DNA from: Methanomassiliicoccales archaeon
Lineage (GTDB): Archaea > Thermoplasmatota > Thermoplasmata > Methanomassiliicoccales > UBA472
DNA: 60,911 nucleotides
Direction: 5' to 3'
Assembly: GCA_035404085.1 (NCBI GenBank)
Contig: DAONGL010000003.1
Coordinates: 22,441 to 83,351 of the forward strand
Both the position numbers and the translations under genes were made by a program. Positions 22,931 through 33,291 of this stretch are shown piece after piece (position 1 is the stretch's first letter; each line of letters begins with the position of its first letter). Below the pieces are notes generated by a model. That model saw nothing but the letters and a program-made list of their open reading frames with translations, was not told where the DNA came from and ran no database searches.

Positions 22931-25900
22931 TTGTCAAACGAGGGGATTAATCAAAATAGGTCAATTGCTCAAACATTGACGAGTAAAAAATATTTGTTTT
23001 TGTTTGGGGCATTGCTCTTAGTTTGCGCTGCTTTTTTAATTGTTGGCGCTCCGAACGCCAGCGCGGCAGGGCCGACCTATGAATATGGTGATATTACTAC
23101 GAACACGGCTTGGACCGAGGCAGGTTCGCCGTATATTGTGAACGACACTATAACCGTCAATGTCGGTGCGACATTGACGATCGGTCCCAATGTGACCGTC
23201 ATGGTGCAGCCTGGAAATATGATCATTGTCAAGGGAACGATCGTAGCGGACGGGACGGCCGCTCTGCCGATCACATTCACTACGAACGATACCGTAACAT
23301 TCGTTAGATGGAACGGCATCGAAATTCAGTATACCTCAACCGGTTCCTTGTTCGACAACGTATTCATCGACAAGGCGGGAGGAAATGCAGGTATCACTGT
23401 CCTGAATGCCACCGTGGGAATGACATATGTGACAGTCAACAATTCATACTCCGGTGTCGATTATCAGTTTGAGAACAAGGCAGTATCCATATCGGTGGAC
23501 AACTGCAATTTCACGCACATGGATTATTTCGGTGTTAGGATCAACGGATATGCATGGGCCGTTGACAGCAACGTGACCGATATAACGGTACCAATATCCA
23601 TAACCAACAGCATCTTCGATGGCAACGGGTATGGCGTTGATATCTGGTGGCTCGAGGCAAATGCGCAAGACAACGCCACTGCTAAGATGACCTGCGACAT
23701 CTCTATTCTGAACAACACCTTTGAAGGTTCCAATTCGGCAGCGATTTACTACGACCTGAATGTTGATATCTCTGAGAATGGGACGGTAGTCATCGCCGGC
23801 GACATTCTGATCAAGGGCAACACGATCAAGACCTCTAACTATGGCTTTGAGAAGGAGAATGATAATGACATCCGAGCCGAAGACACAAGCGATGTCATGA
23901 TCTCTGGCGACATCTCGATCGTCAACAACACGTTCGAGGACCTCGTTGATGATGCGATATATCTTAACACTCAAGTTGAGTATGTCTATGACGAAGCGAC
24001 AGTGAGCATTCTCGGAGACATCTCGATAAGCGGCAACACTTTCGAGGATATTGGCGGGTCTGCTATTTACTGCGAGAAGTACATCGGCTGGAACTCATAT
24101 GTGTATGATGACGCTGAGGCCACGATCTCTGGCGGCATCTCTGTCGTCGACAACACAATCAAGAACGTCGATTATGGACTTTACTATCAACTGTACATAG
24201 ATACGGATGATAACGGAACAGGATCGATAAGTGGGGACGTCACCGTAACTGGCAACTATTTTGAATCATGCGGGGACGATGGCATCTATGTTGAGAAAGA
24301 GGGAGGCTCACGCGATGAGAACTCGACCACCAACATGGACGTCAGCTCATATGTGAACAACAACCAGTTCTGGAACTGCAGCAGTGATGCATTCTATGAA
24401 TACACTTATTTCGAATCGGACGGATACGGTGCCATCAGCATCTCTGGCGAGACGATCTTCTCAGAGAACGTAATAAGGAACATTGACCGCTATGTCATGG
24501 AGGTCGAACGCGAACTTTATTCATACGATCTCAGCGAGCTTTCAAGCGATTGTCCGTATTCTATGATCAACAACGACGTGGTGATCGCTGACGAACTCAT
24601 CGACATATATCCGTATTACTATGCGTACGATGAGTCCGTGATGAACATCACGAACGAAAACGTTGTTATCACTGGCAACACTGCCCGCCAGCTCTATGAT
24701 TATAGCCTATATGCATACCTATATTATGAGAGCTATGATGATGCGAGCCTGAACGTATCTGGCAAGATCGACTTCATCGATAACGATGTGAATTGCCTTT
24801 ATGATGAGAGCGCGTACATCGAGAGGTATATGGACGTCAGGGATGACGCGATATTCAACGTTCTGTATCCGATCACGATACAGGACAATGTCATAAGCGT
24901 CGATGATGGGGATGATTATTATGCGATCTACGTTTATGATGTGCTGGATGCGTATTCGTCCTTCAACAACACCGCGACAATATCCGGTGATGTGACGATC
25001 GAGAACAACCAGATATCCATCATATCTGGCGACGGCATCTATCTCTATGTTGATATCGATGTCGAGACCGATGATGATTACACCTCGGCCATCGCCAATT
25101 ACGATGTGAACTATGTCATCCAGGATAACGAAATAACCGTCTTCAATGACAACGCATGGGATTACACATACGGTATCTACGCATACCTCGGTTGTTATCT
25201 GGAATCGGATGGAGACATGGGCGCGGCATCCCTCACGGTCGGTGATGTCCTGATCGAGGGCAACACGGTCAGCATGAGCGGAGAGTCGTATCTCTATGGC
25301 ATCTATCTCTACATCTACGCCGAGTCTTATTCGTATGGTGGGGATGCAACATTGGTGCTAAGTGAGTTCAGCGTAACTGAGAACACCATAAGCCTGGATA
25401 CCTATGACGGATATGGGATCTATCTCTATTATCCGTACTTCTACGTATATGCGGATAATGGTAATGCAACGTTGACCTTGGATTCGATCAATGTTGTAGG
25501 TAACAGCATAGACACCTTAGGTGACTCCATTTATGGCATCTATGTCTATGAGCCGGATTTCGAATGCTACGTGTATGGTGGAGATTGGTGGTATCTGAAC
25601 ACGGCCACTCTCGAGGCGACCAACGGTTTCAACATCGATGACAACACAATATCAATGGTCGGCGATTACACCTATGCGCTCTATTTGGAATATGTGTATC
25701 GCTATGTGTATTCCGATGATTATTGGTCCCAAGCAACTGTGAACGTACCAATATCGATCTCGGGCAACAGCATAGTCCAGACGGGATTGGCCTCCTATGG
25801 CATATACCTCTATTATGTGGACTACGACGTTTATTACGACTATTCGTATGCGACGTTGATCGCCCCGATGGAGATATCTGACAACACCGTCGAGTACATC

Positions 25901-27928
25901 GAGAATGACGACTACGCGTACGGTCTGGACGTCGAGTCTATCTATCTTGATCTCGCCGATCCAACCTATATTGGCGAATATGTACTGGATATACCGATCG
26001 TGATCTCCAATAACGTTGTTGTCGCTGGATACGATGGTATTTATATCTACGATAGCACCGATGGTGTACAGGTATTCGTAACCGGAAACACCGTTTCTGA
26101 GACGACCGACTATGGCTTGTACGTCGATGATGTCGAGTACTTGTATGTCGAGGACAACGTGTTCTCCAACAACATGGGCGATGGTGCGTATGTTGAGTAT
26201 CTAGTGAACTCGGTGATCGGAAACAACACGTTCTCTGAGAATGGGGAATATGGACTTTATGTCGACTATGGTTGCGAGTATCTGACCATCTATAACGGCG
26301 TGTATGACGACAACTCCTACATGGGCATCTACATCTATGGTGGAAAGGGTGTATACTGGGTAGTCGACGCTGCGTCTGAGATCGTCAACAACGACGCCGA
26401 GATCTACGCCCACGTCGAGGTTAGAGCCGGCGGGGTTCTGACCATAGACAGCGTTCAATCCTTCCTGCTTGGAGATGGTTATGACGGGGTCACCCTTCTC
26501 AAGGTGCTCGAGGGAGGAAAGCTGATAGTCGGGAACTCATGGCTCGAGTCAGATGACGGGGATGGACGGTTCCTTATCCACGGTGATCTGGATATGTCCA
26601 ACACCTGGTTAACACAATGGTCTGAGCTATATCTCGGTCCTACTGCAACTGGCTCGATCAGTGCATCCTACATAAGCGACAACGACAAGAACGGTATCCA
26701 CATCGATGGCTGCTCACCCCGGATATCCCTGAACACGATCTCAGGGAATTATATGGATGGCATATTCATCGAGGGAGCATCTGCTTCGCCGAGGATCACC
26801 AACAACCTCATAACTGAAAACAGCCGTGGCATCAGTGCCCGCGGATGTGATCTGAACCAGGTCATTGGTAACATCTTCGTGGGCAACGATGTTGCAGGAT
26901 TGTACGCCCAAAACGTAACTGGTGCGATCCATGGTAACACGTTCCTGATGAACAGGATCGAGATATACGTAAAGGACAGCGACGTATCGATCCAAAGCAA
27001 TGAGATCGGATATGCTAGGATGATAGGTGCTCTGGCCAAGTTTGGGCCGGTCTCTCAGTTGCTCAACAACATGTCCGGGAACATCGTCTCTGGATTGATG
27101 TCAACCTACCTTGAGGTTTCATCCGAATCGATGTTCAACCACATGGGTATCTTTGCGGAGAGCTCGACAGTTAAGGCGTCCGGCAACACCTATGGGATGC
27201 TGTACTACGCCTTCTATGCCGAGGATTCGACAGTGACGTTCAGTGATGACCTGACATCAAACAAGATCGTGCTCTCACTGTTGAACGCCAACCTCGAGCA
27301 GGTGAACATATCGGTGCCGACCTATCTGTTCAACGGCATCTACGCTTCGAACTCTGCGGTCGAGATCAAGGACTCCAGGATAGAATGCATGGAGACCGCG
27401 GTCTTCCTGGACACCTGCACCGGTTCGATCACGAACTGTGAACTGGTGGCCGAGAGATTCGATGTGTACTTGACCGGTGACTGCGACGTGTCGCTATCCG
27501 GCACGACCCTGGACGGAGAGCTGAAGGTCGAGGGTTCCTCAACCTTGATGGTATACAACTGGCTGGACGTCATCACCAAGAATGATGACAACGAAACCAT
27601 GTCCGGCGTTACCGTCGAGATCAAGGACTCTGCAGGCACGCTCATCTCCAAGGGCAAGAGCGATGACAACGGTGTCTACAGGGCGAGCGTCCTTGCGTAT
27701 ACCGTTACCAGCGAGGGTAAGAACTATACCGACGCGTACAAGGTAACCGCGGACTTCGATAACGGCAAGGTCAGCAAGAAGGTCACCCTAGGTGACAGCT
27801 CGGTCACTGAGCTCACCATAGAAGCCAACAAGGACAACACCGTCTTGTATGTGAGCATAGTCTTCATCATCGTGGTCATCCTACTGATCGTAGTGGTCAT
27901 GGTGATGCGCCGCAAGAAGAAGGCCTAA
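22931..27928 (+). CDS. giant secreted right-handed beta-helix (PbH1/NosD-like) repeat protein, adhesin-like, with a C-terminal TM anchor
   Basis: 1665 aa. The TTG start is preceded by aagggggA. The signal/TM segment is KKYLFLFGALLLVCAAFLIVGAPNASA|A. Dozens of ..I.GN.I/F.. coils occur (ISGDISIVNNTFEDLVDDAIYL, ILGDISISGNTFEDIGGSAIYC). The terminal beta-sandwich and anchor read VLYVSIVFIIVVILLIVVVMVMRRKKKA. Hand counts on two lines give 43-47% GC. Confidence 0.8.
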   Translation: MSNEGINQNRSIAQTLTSKKYLFLFGALLLVCAAFLIVGAPNASAAGPTYEYGDITTNTAWTEAGSPYIVNDTITVNVGATLTIGPNVTVMVQPGNMIIVKGTIVADGTAALPITFTTNDTVTFVRWNGIEIQYTSTGSLFDNVFIDKAGGNAGITVLNATVGMTYVTVNNSYSGVDYQFENKAVSISVDNCNFTHMDYFGVRINGYAWAVDSNVTDITVPISITNSIFDGNGYGVDIWWLEANAQDNATAKMTCDISILNNTFEGSNSAAIYYDLNVDISENGTVVIAGDILIKGNTIKTSNYGFEKENDNDIRAEDTSDVMISGDISIVNNTFEDLVDDAIYLNTQVEYVYDEATVSILGDISISGNTFEDIGGSAIYCEKYIGWNSYVYDDAEATISGGISVVDNTIKNVDYGLYYQLYIDTDDNGTGSISGDVTVTGNYFESCGDDGIYVEKEGGSRDENSTTNMDVSSYVNNNQFWNCSSDAFYEYTYFESDGYGAISISGETIFSENVIRNIDRYVMEVERELYSYDLSELSSDCPYSMINNDVVIADELIDIYPYYYAYDESVMNITNENVVITGNTARQLYDYSLYAYLYYESYDDASLNVSGKIDFIDNDVNCLYDESAYIERYMDVRDDAIFNVLYPITIQDNVISVDDGDDYYAIYVYDVLDAYSSFNNTATISGDVTIENNQISIISGDGIYLYVDIDVETDDDYTSAIANYDVNYVIQDNEITVFNDNAWDYTYGIYAYLGCYLESDGDMGAASLTVGDVLIEGNTVSMSGESYLYGIYLYIYAESYSYGGDATLVLSEFSVTENTISLDTYDGYGIYLYYPYFYVYADNGNATLTLDSINVVGNSIDTLGDSIYGIYVYEPDFECYVYGGDWWYLNTATLEATNGFNIDDNTISMVGDYTYALYLEYVYRYVYSDDYWSQATVNVPISISGNSIVQTGLASYGIYLYYVDYDVYYDYSYATLIAPMEISDNTVEYIENDDYAYGLDVESIYLDLADPTYIGEYVLDIPIVISNNVVVAGYDGIYIYDSTDGVQVFVTGNTVSETTDYGLYVDDVEYLYVEDNVFSNNMGDGAYVEYLVNSVIGNNTFSENGEYGLYVDYGCEYLTIYNGVYDDNSYMGIYIYGGKGVYWVVDAASEIVNNDAEIYAHVEVRAGGVLTIDSVQSFLLGDGYDGVTLLKVLEGGKLIVGNSWLESDDGDGRFLIHGDLDMSNTWLTQWSELYLGPTATGSISASYISDNDKNGIHIDGCSPRISLNTISGNYMDGIFIEGASASPRITNNLITENSRGISARGCDLNQVIGNIFVGNDVAGLYAQNVTGAIHGNTFLMNRIEIYVKDSDVSIQSNEIGYARMIGALAKFGPVSQLLNNMSGNIVSGLMSTYLEVSSESMFNHMGIFAESSTVKASGNTYGMLYYAFYAEDSTVTFSDDLTSNKIVLSLLNANLEQVNISVPTYLFNGIYASNSAVEIKDSRIECMETAVFLDTCTGSITNCELVAERFDVYLTGDCDVSLSGTTLDGELKVEGSSTLMVYNWLDVITKNDDNETMSGVTVEIKDSAGTLISKGKSDDNGVYRASVLAYTVTSEGKNYTDAYKVTADFDNGKVSKKVTLGDSSVTELTIEANKDNTVLYVSIVFIIVVILLIVVVMVMRRKKKA

Positions 27929-27930
27929 AC

Positions 27931-27977
27931 CTTTTCCAACTTTCTTCCTTTTTTTTCCTTTTTTTATTTTATTTCTC
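27931..27977 (+). terminator. oligo-T rich transcription termination tract
   Basis: cttttccaactttcttccttttttttcctttttttattttatttctc lies immediately after the TAA stop of the giant gene. Archaeal RNAP terminates at T-runs. Confidence 0.6.
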
Positions 27978-28023
27978 AAAAAAGAGTTAAGTTGTAAATG
28001 CCATCACCGCTCGGTGCCTTGAA

Positions 28024-29322
28024 TTGAGCTATTCCGAGTTCGTAATGACATCCCTCGAGACCGCTGGTGCGGAGGAAGGGGACACGCTCGAGATCGTATC
28101 GGGGAAACGCTCGTACAAAGGGGTGCTCATGCCTCATCACGAGTTCAGCCATCCCGATGTCATTGTGATCAAAATGAAGAGCGGTTACAACATCGGGGTT
28201 AAGTTATCTGCAGGGTCCAAGGTCTCGGTCATCGAGAAGAGGGAGGCCAAGATGAAGCCAGCAAGGCCTCAAAGATCTGATGATAACTTAAAGACCATCG
28301 CAGTGATAGGAACGGGCGGGACGATAGCTTCCTACGTGGATTACAGGACAGGCGCGGTGCATCCAGCACTGTCCGCGGACGACATGGTCGGCGCGGTTCC
28401 TGAGATATCGTCAATTTGCAACGTCAAGGCCCGCGTGCTATTCTCCATTTTCAGCGAGAACATGGACCCCGAGTGTTGGGTCGCCATAGCCAAGGCAGTG
28501 AAGGAAGAGCTGTCCAACGGTGCGGACGCAGTTATCATACCGCACGGGACGGACACGATGGGATACACTTCGGCCGCGCTTTCCTTCATGCTAGATGGAT
28601 TGGACAAGCCAGTCGTTCTCGTAGGCGCCCAGAGGTCCTCGGATCGTCCCTCTTCCGATTCGTATACCAACCTCATCGCCGCCGCAAGGTTCTGTATAGA
28701 GACATCCATGCCAGGCGTCTTCGTTCTGATGCACGAGACGCTATCGGACACGACCGCGGTCGTGCACAAAGGAACCAGGGTCAGAAAGATGCACACAAGT
28801 CGCAGGGACGCCTTCAAGAGCATCAACAGCTCGCCCGTGGCTAGGATCAATTTCGAAGGTAAGATCGAGATGCTGTGCGACGAGACGCCGAAACCCGCGG
28901 CATCCCTGGTGGTAAAGGATGTTCTCGAGAGGAAGGTCGCTCTCCTTCAGTTCCACCCTAGCATGGACGTCGAGCTCTTCAAAGAGCTCATGCTCAAGCA
29001 CAGGGGCATAGTCATCGCCGGATCCGGCCTCGGTCATGTCTCCACGCCGATGGTAAAGGCTCTCAGCGAGGTCGTGAAGGCAGGGACGGCGGTGATCATG
29101 ACCTCACAATGCCTGAGCGGTAGCGTCAATCTCAACGTCTACGCGACAGGAAGGGACCTGATCAACGCAGGCGTCGTACCGGTCGGGGACATGCTTCCCG
29201 AAACGGCCTTGGTCAAGCTCATGTGGGTGCTCGGTCAGACAAGCGATATGAAGGAAGCGGCGAGGATGATGACCGAGAACCTCAGGGGAGAGATATCTCA
29301 AAGGAGGGAGATCGATGGCTGA
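28024..29322 (+). CDS. gatD: Glu-tRNA(Gln) amidotransferase subunit D
   Basis: The asparaginase-like core carries IGTGGTIAS and HGTDTM. The N-terminal domain reads GDTLEIVSGKRSYKGVLMP. Start is TTG 28024 or ATG 28045. Confidence 0.92.
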   Translation: MSYSEFVMTSLETAGAEEGDTLEIVSGKRSYKGVLMPHHEFSHPDVIVIKMKSGYNIGVKLSAGSKVSVIEKREAKMKPARPQRSDDNLKTIAVIGTGGTIASYVDYRTGAVHPALSADDMVGAVPEISSICNVKARVLFSIFSENMDPECWVAIAKAVKEELSNGADAVIIPHGTDTMGYTSAALSFMLDGLDKPVVLVGAQRSSDRPSSDSYTNLIAAARFCIETSMPGVFVLMHETLSDTTAVVHKGTRVRKMHTSRRDAFKSINSSPVARINFEGKIEMLCDETPKPAASLVVKDVLERKVALLQFHPSMDVELFKELMLKHRGIVIAGSGLGHVSTPMVKALSEVVKAGTAVIMTSQCLSGSVNLNVYATGRDLINAGVVPVGDMLPETALVKLMWVLGQTSDMKEAARMMTENLRGEISQRREIDG

Positions 29323-31177
29323 GAGGGTCACCTGCGGGATTGAGATACATCAGCAGTTGAACACTAACAAGCTGTTCTGCTCCTGCCCCTGCGATCTCAT
29401 AGAGGAGGAGGGAGCGACGATCCTCAGGAAGCTCAGGCCTTCCCAGAGCGAGCTCGGAGAGATAGACCGGGCCGTCCTGGCCCAGGCCGCAAGGAAGATG
29501 AGCTTCCGATATCAGTCCCCCCGGTCGAGGTGCTGCCTCGTCGAGGCGGATGAGGAGCCTCCTCACGATGCTAACGTCAACGCGATGCAGGCCACGCTCA
29601 TCGTGTCCGAGATGATGGGGTGCCGGGCGGTCGACGAGGTCCACTTCATGAGGAAGATCGTCATCGACGGCTCGAACACCGGCGGGTTCCAGAGAACGGC
29701 TCTGGTCGCTATCGACGGTGATATCGAAATCAACGGGAAGAAGATAGCCATACAGACCGTCTGCCTCGAGGAGGATGCCGCGAGGAAGGTGGAGACCAAG
29801 GGCTCAGAGATAACCTATAGGCTTGACCGGCTAGGGATCCCGCTCATAGAGGTAGCGACAGGCCCCGACATGCATGATCCGGAGGAGGTCAGGGAAGTCG
29901 CGGTTCGCATCGGTTCGATACTGCGCGCGACGAAGATGGTGAAAAGGGGGCTGGGTACCATCAGAGAGGACCTGAACGTCTCCATTCCGGGGGGCGCCAG
30001 GGTCGAGATCAAGGGCGCTCAGGACCTCAAGCTCCTTCCGACGTACGTCGAGAGGGAGATCGAGAGACAGAGCGGTCTTCTGAAGATCAGGGACGAGCTC
30101 GTCGCGAGGGGCGTGACGAAGGTGGAACCGGACATCATCGATTGCTCAGATGTCCTGAAAGGATGCAGGTCAAAGGTCATTTCGTCCGCTCTATCGAAGG
30201 GCGGAAAGGTGTTCGGGGTCGCCCTTGCGGGTTTCGAAGGCCTCATGAAAAGCCCTGACTCGAAGCTCAGGCTGGGTTCGGAGATGGCGCAGTATGCCAA
30301 GACCAAGGGCGTCGCCGGGATATTCCATACCGACGAACTACCTGGATACGGCATAACGCAGGAGGAGGTCGACGCTCTCCGGGACAAGCTTGGCCTCGCG
30401 CCTGGAAAGGCGTTCGCGATCTGCGCGGACGAAAGGACAAAAGCATCATCGGCGTTGAAGATGGCGGCCGATAGGGCCTACAGCGCGCTCAACGGCGTGC
30501 CAGAGGAGACGAGAGACCCGCTGCCGGACGGCGGCTCCGCATACAGCAGGCCTCTGCCAGGGGCGGGAAGGATGTATCCTGAGACCGACGTCCGGCCGAT
30601 AACGATCGGCGTAGAGAGGCTCGAAGCGATACGTTCTTCCCTTCCGGAGCTCCCGGGCGCGAAGGCAGCGAGGTTCGTGAAGGCATATGGCATACACGAG
30701 CAGCAGGCGAGGCAGATCGTGAAGGAAGGCTATGAGGACCTGTTCGAGGACCTAGCCGAACGGTACGGCATGGCCGCCATCGCCGCTCGGACGTTCCTGA
30801 ACACGCTGCCGGAGCTGGAGAAGGAAGGGGTGGACACGTCGAAGATAGGCGACGACGAGATCGTCGAGGCCTTCGCGTCGCTCTCGAAGGGGGAGTTCGC
30901 CAAGGAGGCGCTGCCCGCCGTACTCAAGGAGCTGGCCAAAGGTTCGAACGTTAAAAAGGCCGTCAGTTCCCTGGGCATCGGCTCCATGGACCAGGGGGAC
31001 GCCGCCAACATCATAGACGCGATCATCGAGGAACGAGCTGACTTCGTCCGGGAGAAGGGCGAAGGCGCCGTGGGGCCGCTCATGGGCGTGGCCATGCAGG
31101 AACTTCGCGGAAAAGTGGACGGCAAGAAGGCCGCCGACCTGCTCCGGGAAAGGGTGCAGGCCTTCCTCAGAGGGTGA
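29315..31177 (+). CDS. gatE: Glu-tRNA(Gln) amidotransferase subunit E
   Basis: CGIEIHQQLNTNKLFCSCPC...DEEPPH...GIPLIEVATGPD is the GatE signature. 620 aa, with an 8-nt overlap with gatD. Confidence 0.93.
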   Translation: MAERVTCGIEIHQQLNTNKLFCSCPCDLIEEEGATILRKLRPSQSELGEIDRAVLAQAARKMSFRYQSPRSRCCLVEADEEPPHDANVNAMQATLIVSEMMGCRAVDEVHFMRKIVIDGSNTGGFQRTALVAIDGDIEINGKKIAIQTVCLEEDAARKVETKGSEITYRLDRLGIPLIEVATGPDMHDPEEVREVAVRIGSILRATKMVKRGLGTIREDLNVSIPGGARVEIKGAQDLKLLPTYVEREIERQSGLLKIRDELVARGVTKVEPDIIDCSDVLKGCRSKVISSALSKGGKVFGVALAGFEGLMKSPDSKLRLGSEMAQYAKTKGVAGIFHTDELPGYGITQEEVDALRDKLGLAPGKAFAICADERTKASSALKMAADRAYSALNGVPEETRDPLPDGGSAYSRPLPGAGRMYPETDVRPITIGVERLEAIRSSLPELPGAKAARFVKAYGIHEQQARQIVKEGYEDLFEDLAERYGMAAIAARTFLNTLPELEKEGVDTSKIGDDEIVEAFASLSKGEFAKEALPAVLKELAKGSNVKKAVSSLGIGSMDQGDAANIIDAIIEERADFVREKGEGAVGPLMGVAMQELRGKVDGKKAADLLRERVQAFLRG

Positions 31178-31733
31178 GCGTCAACACTCGCAGTTCTTCG
31201 AAGAACAGCGTCTTACAGGCCACGGTCCGCACCTTCCATTCCGACAGCGCTTCATCCAGGGCCGAGGGGTCCATGTCGTCGGAGACGAGCAGGAGCACCC
31301 TGCCGTCAGGTTCCAGGTGCTCCTTCGCCTCTTTCAGAAAACGTGACGTGAGCTGAACGCCGTCCTCCCCGCCCGCCCAGCACAGGTCCTCCTGCCCCTG
31401 GACGTCCCCGCGCAGGTAAGGGGGGTTGAAAACGATCAGGTCGAACCTGCCTTCTACGTCCGTGAAAAGGTCGCTTTGGACCGCTTGGATGTAGAGACCG
31501 TTCATCATAGCGCTGTTCTCCAAAGCCTCGATCGCCCGTTCATCGATGTCGACCGCAGTTACCTTAGTCCCGGCCTTGGCCATGTGCAACGAAACGATGC
31601 CGGAACCGCAGCCCATCTCCAACGCCTTCTCCCCTTTCTCGACGTCAATCGCGGATAATAGAAGAAAGGTGTCCTCAGCTGGAGCGTAAACGTCAGGATG
31701 AACATAGAGCTGAAGGGAGCGGTCGCGCAGCAC
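31167..31733 (-). CDS. HemK/Mtq2-like N5-glutamine (class I SAM) methyltransferase
   Basis: VYAPAEDTFLL, EMGCGSGIVS and the IVFNPPY (NPPY) motif are present. 188 aa, GTG start, and an 11-nt convergent overlap with gatE. Confidence 0.7.
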   Translation of the reverse strand: MLRDRSLQLYVHPDVYAPAEDTFLLLSAIDVEKGEKALEMGCGSGIVSLHMAKAGTKVTAVDIDERAIEALENSAMMNGLYIQAVQSDLFTDVEGRFDLIVFNPPYLRGDVQGQEDLCWAGGEDGVQLTSRFLKEAKEHLEPDGRVLLLVSDDMDPSALDEALSEWKVRTVACKTLFFEELRVLTLTL

Positions 31734-31804
31734 GGACGTTCAGCGGCGGAAGGGGTAATAACCTTTCCCGAAGGGTTTAAACCGGGACGCTATATCGGAG
31801 AAAC

Positions 31805-32701
31805 GTGGACCTGTACAGCCTGGTCGCCATCGGTCTGATATTGGGCGGACTACTGCTCGCCTACCTCAAGCGATATCCGCTAGCCCAGATGCTGGTACTC
31901 ATCAACCTGGCGATATTCCTGCTGTGCACCATCGCCTCCTGGGATTCCTTTTCCTTCCTATCGGCGGTCCAGAGGGACCTCGGCTTCCGACCGGACTACG
32001 TGGACCAGCCTTCTCACTGGTTCACCGCGTTCACTCACATGTTCGTGCACGCCGACCTGTTGCACGTGCTGTTCAACATGATATTCCTGGTCCTGATCGG
32101 TGTTCCTCTGGAGGAGCGCATCGGGAGGCGCAACTTCGCCCTGTGCTTCTTCATCCCGGGGCTACTGGCCCTGCTATTGGAATCAGCGGTGAGGGTCTCC
32201 GATCCCGAGATACTGATACTCGGCGCGTCAGGAGCGGTGGCCGGGGCCATGGGCGCCCTGCTCTTCCTCTATCCGAAGGACGAGATCCCCATGTTCCTGG
32301 GCTTCATATTCCTGCCCCGGGTTCCGGTCTGGATATCGGTCGGCGCCTGGTTCGCCCTGCAGGCGGTATCCGCCTTCACCCTTCCCTCCGGGATAGCTTC
32401 TGGCGGTATCGCGTACGCGGCGCACATCGGCGGCTTCGTGGCCGGGATGGGCGTGGCGTTCCTTCTGCCCTCGGAGGGGGAGGACGTTCCGGACGACGTG
32501 GTGGACCTGGGGGACCTGGCGATCACGGATGAGCTACGCAACATCAAGGAACGCATCGAAACGGAGACGGAACCGGACGTCCGAAGGGCCTGGCTGGAAA
32601 GGTTCGTGGAGCGTTCCGTGTGCCCCGAATGCGGCGCGCGTCCCCGCCTGGAGGGGAACCGTATCAAGTGCCCATGCGGATGGCAGAGGTCGGTAAGATG
32701 A
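31805..32701 (+). CDS. rhomboid-family intramembrane serine protease with a C-terminal Zn ribbon
   Basis: HADLLHVLFNM, GASGAVAGAMG (catalytic Ser) and AHIGGFVAGMG (catalytic His) are present. The C-terminus reads CPECGARPRLEGNRIKCPCGW. Confidence 0.85.
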   Translation: MDLYSLVAIGLILGGLLLAYLKRYPLAQMLVLINLAIFLLCTIASWDSFSFLSAVQRDLGFRPDYVDQPSHWFTAFTHMFVHADLLHVLFNMIFLVLIGVPLEERIGRRNFALCFFIPGLLALLLESAVRVSDPEILILGASGAVAGAMGALLFLYPKDEIPMFLGFIFLPRVPVWISVGAWFALQAVSAFTLPSGIASGGIAYAAHIGGFVAGMGVAFLLPSEGEDVPDDVVDLGDLAITDELRNIKERIETETEPDVRRAWLERFVERSVCPECGARPRLEGNRIKCPCGWQRSVR

Positions 32702-33291
32702 GCGCGAACAGGGTGGAGGTGCTCTGCCCGGGCATGATCGTCCGCGACGGGCCGGCCGTCCTGGAGGCCCGTTCCACCGTGACCCTGGTGAGCCGTGGTG
32801 ATCGACGGTTATTGGTGGACACCAGTGCACCGGAGAACCGAAAGATGCTGACGGAGGCGTTGCGGTCCCGGGAACTGGCTCCCTCGGACATCGAGATGGT
32901 CGTGCTCACCCACGCCCACGGCGATCATCAAGGAAATCTCAGCCTGTTCCCTCAGGCCAAGATCGTAGCGCACCGCGCGGAAGGCGGCGAGCTCGATCTA
33001 GAGGGCGAGGTTATTATATGGGAAGGCGTACGACTGGTGAACACTCCCGGGCATACGCCGGGCAGCATCAGCGTGCTGGTCAAGGCCGAAAAGACGTACG
33101 CCATAGCCGGCGACGCCATACCGACCGAGGACAATGCCCGGAAATGGGTGCCGCCGGGGCATCATTATGACCGGCGAAAGGCCATGGGGTCCATGGAAAT
33201 GCTGATAGAGGCGGCCGACGTGGTCGTGCCGGGCCACGGGCCGGCATTCCGTACGGCTCCATACAAGGAAAAAGGAAGGCGAGGCGAATGA
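32698..33291 (+). CDS. MBL-fold metallo-hydrolase
   Basis: The start is trimmed to ATG 32698, giving an ATGA overlap with the rhomboid stop. LTHAHGDHQGN (HxHxDH), TPGHTPGS and VPGHGP are present. Confidence 0.85.
   Translation: MSANRVEVLCPGMIVRDGPAVLEARSTVTLVSRGDRRLLVDTSAPENRKMLTEALRSRELAPSDIEMVVLTHAHGDHQGNLSLFPQAKIVAHRAEGGELDLEGEVIIWEGVRLVNTPGHTPGSISVLVKAEKTYAIAGDAIPTEDNARKWVPPGHHYDRRKAMGSMEMLIEAADVVVPGHGPAFRTAPYKEKGRRGE

Noticed and set aside
28024-31177. gatD/gatE as part of the low-GC foreign segment next to the giant gene
   Set aside because: The composition by eye is intermediate to normal, and these are core translation genes with an 8-nt coupled overlap. The AT-rich signal stops at the terminator at 27931..27977.
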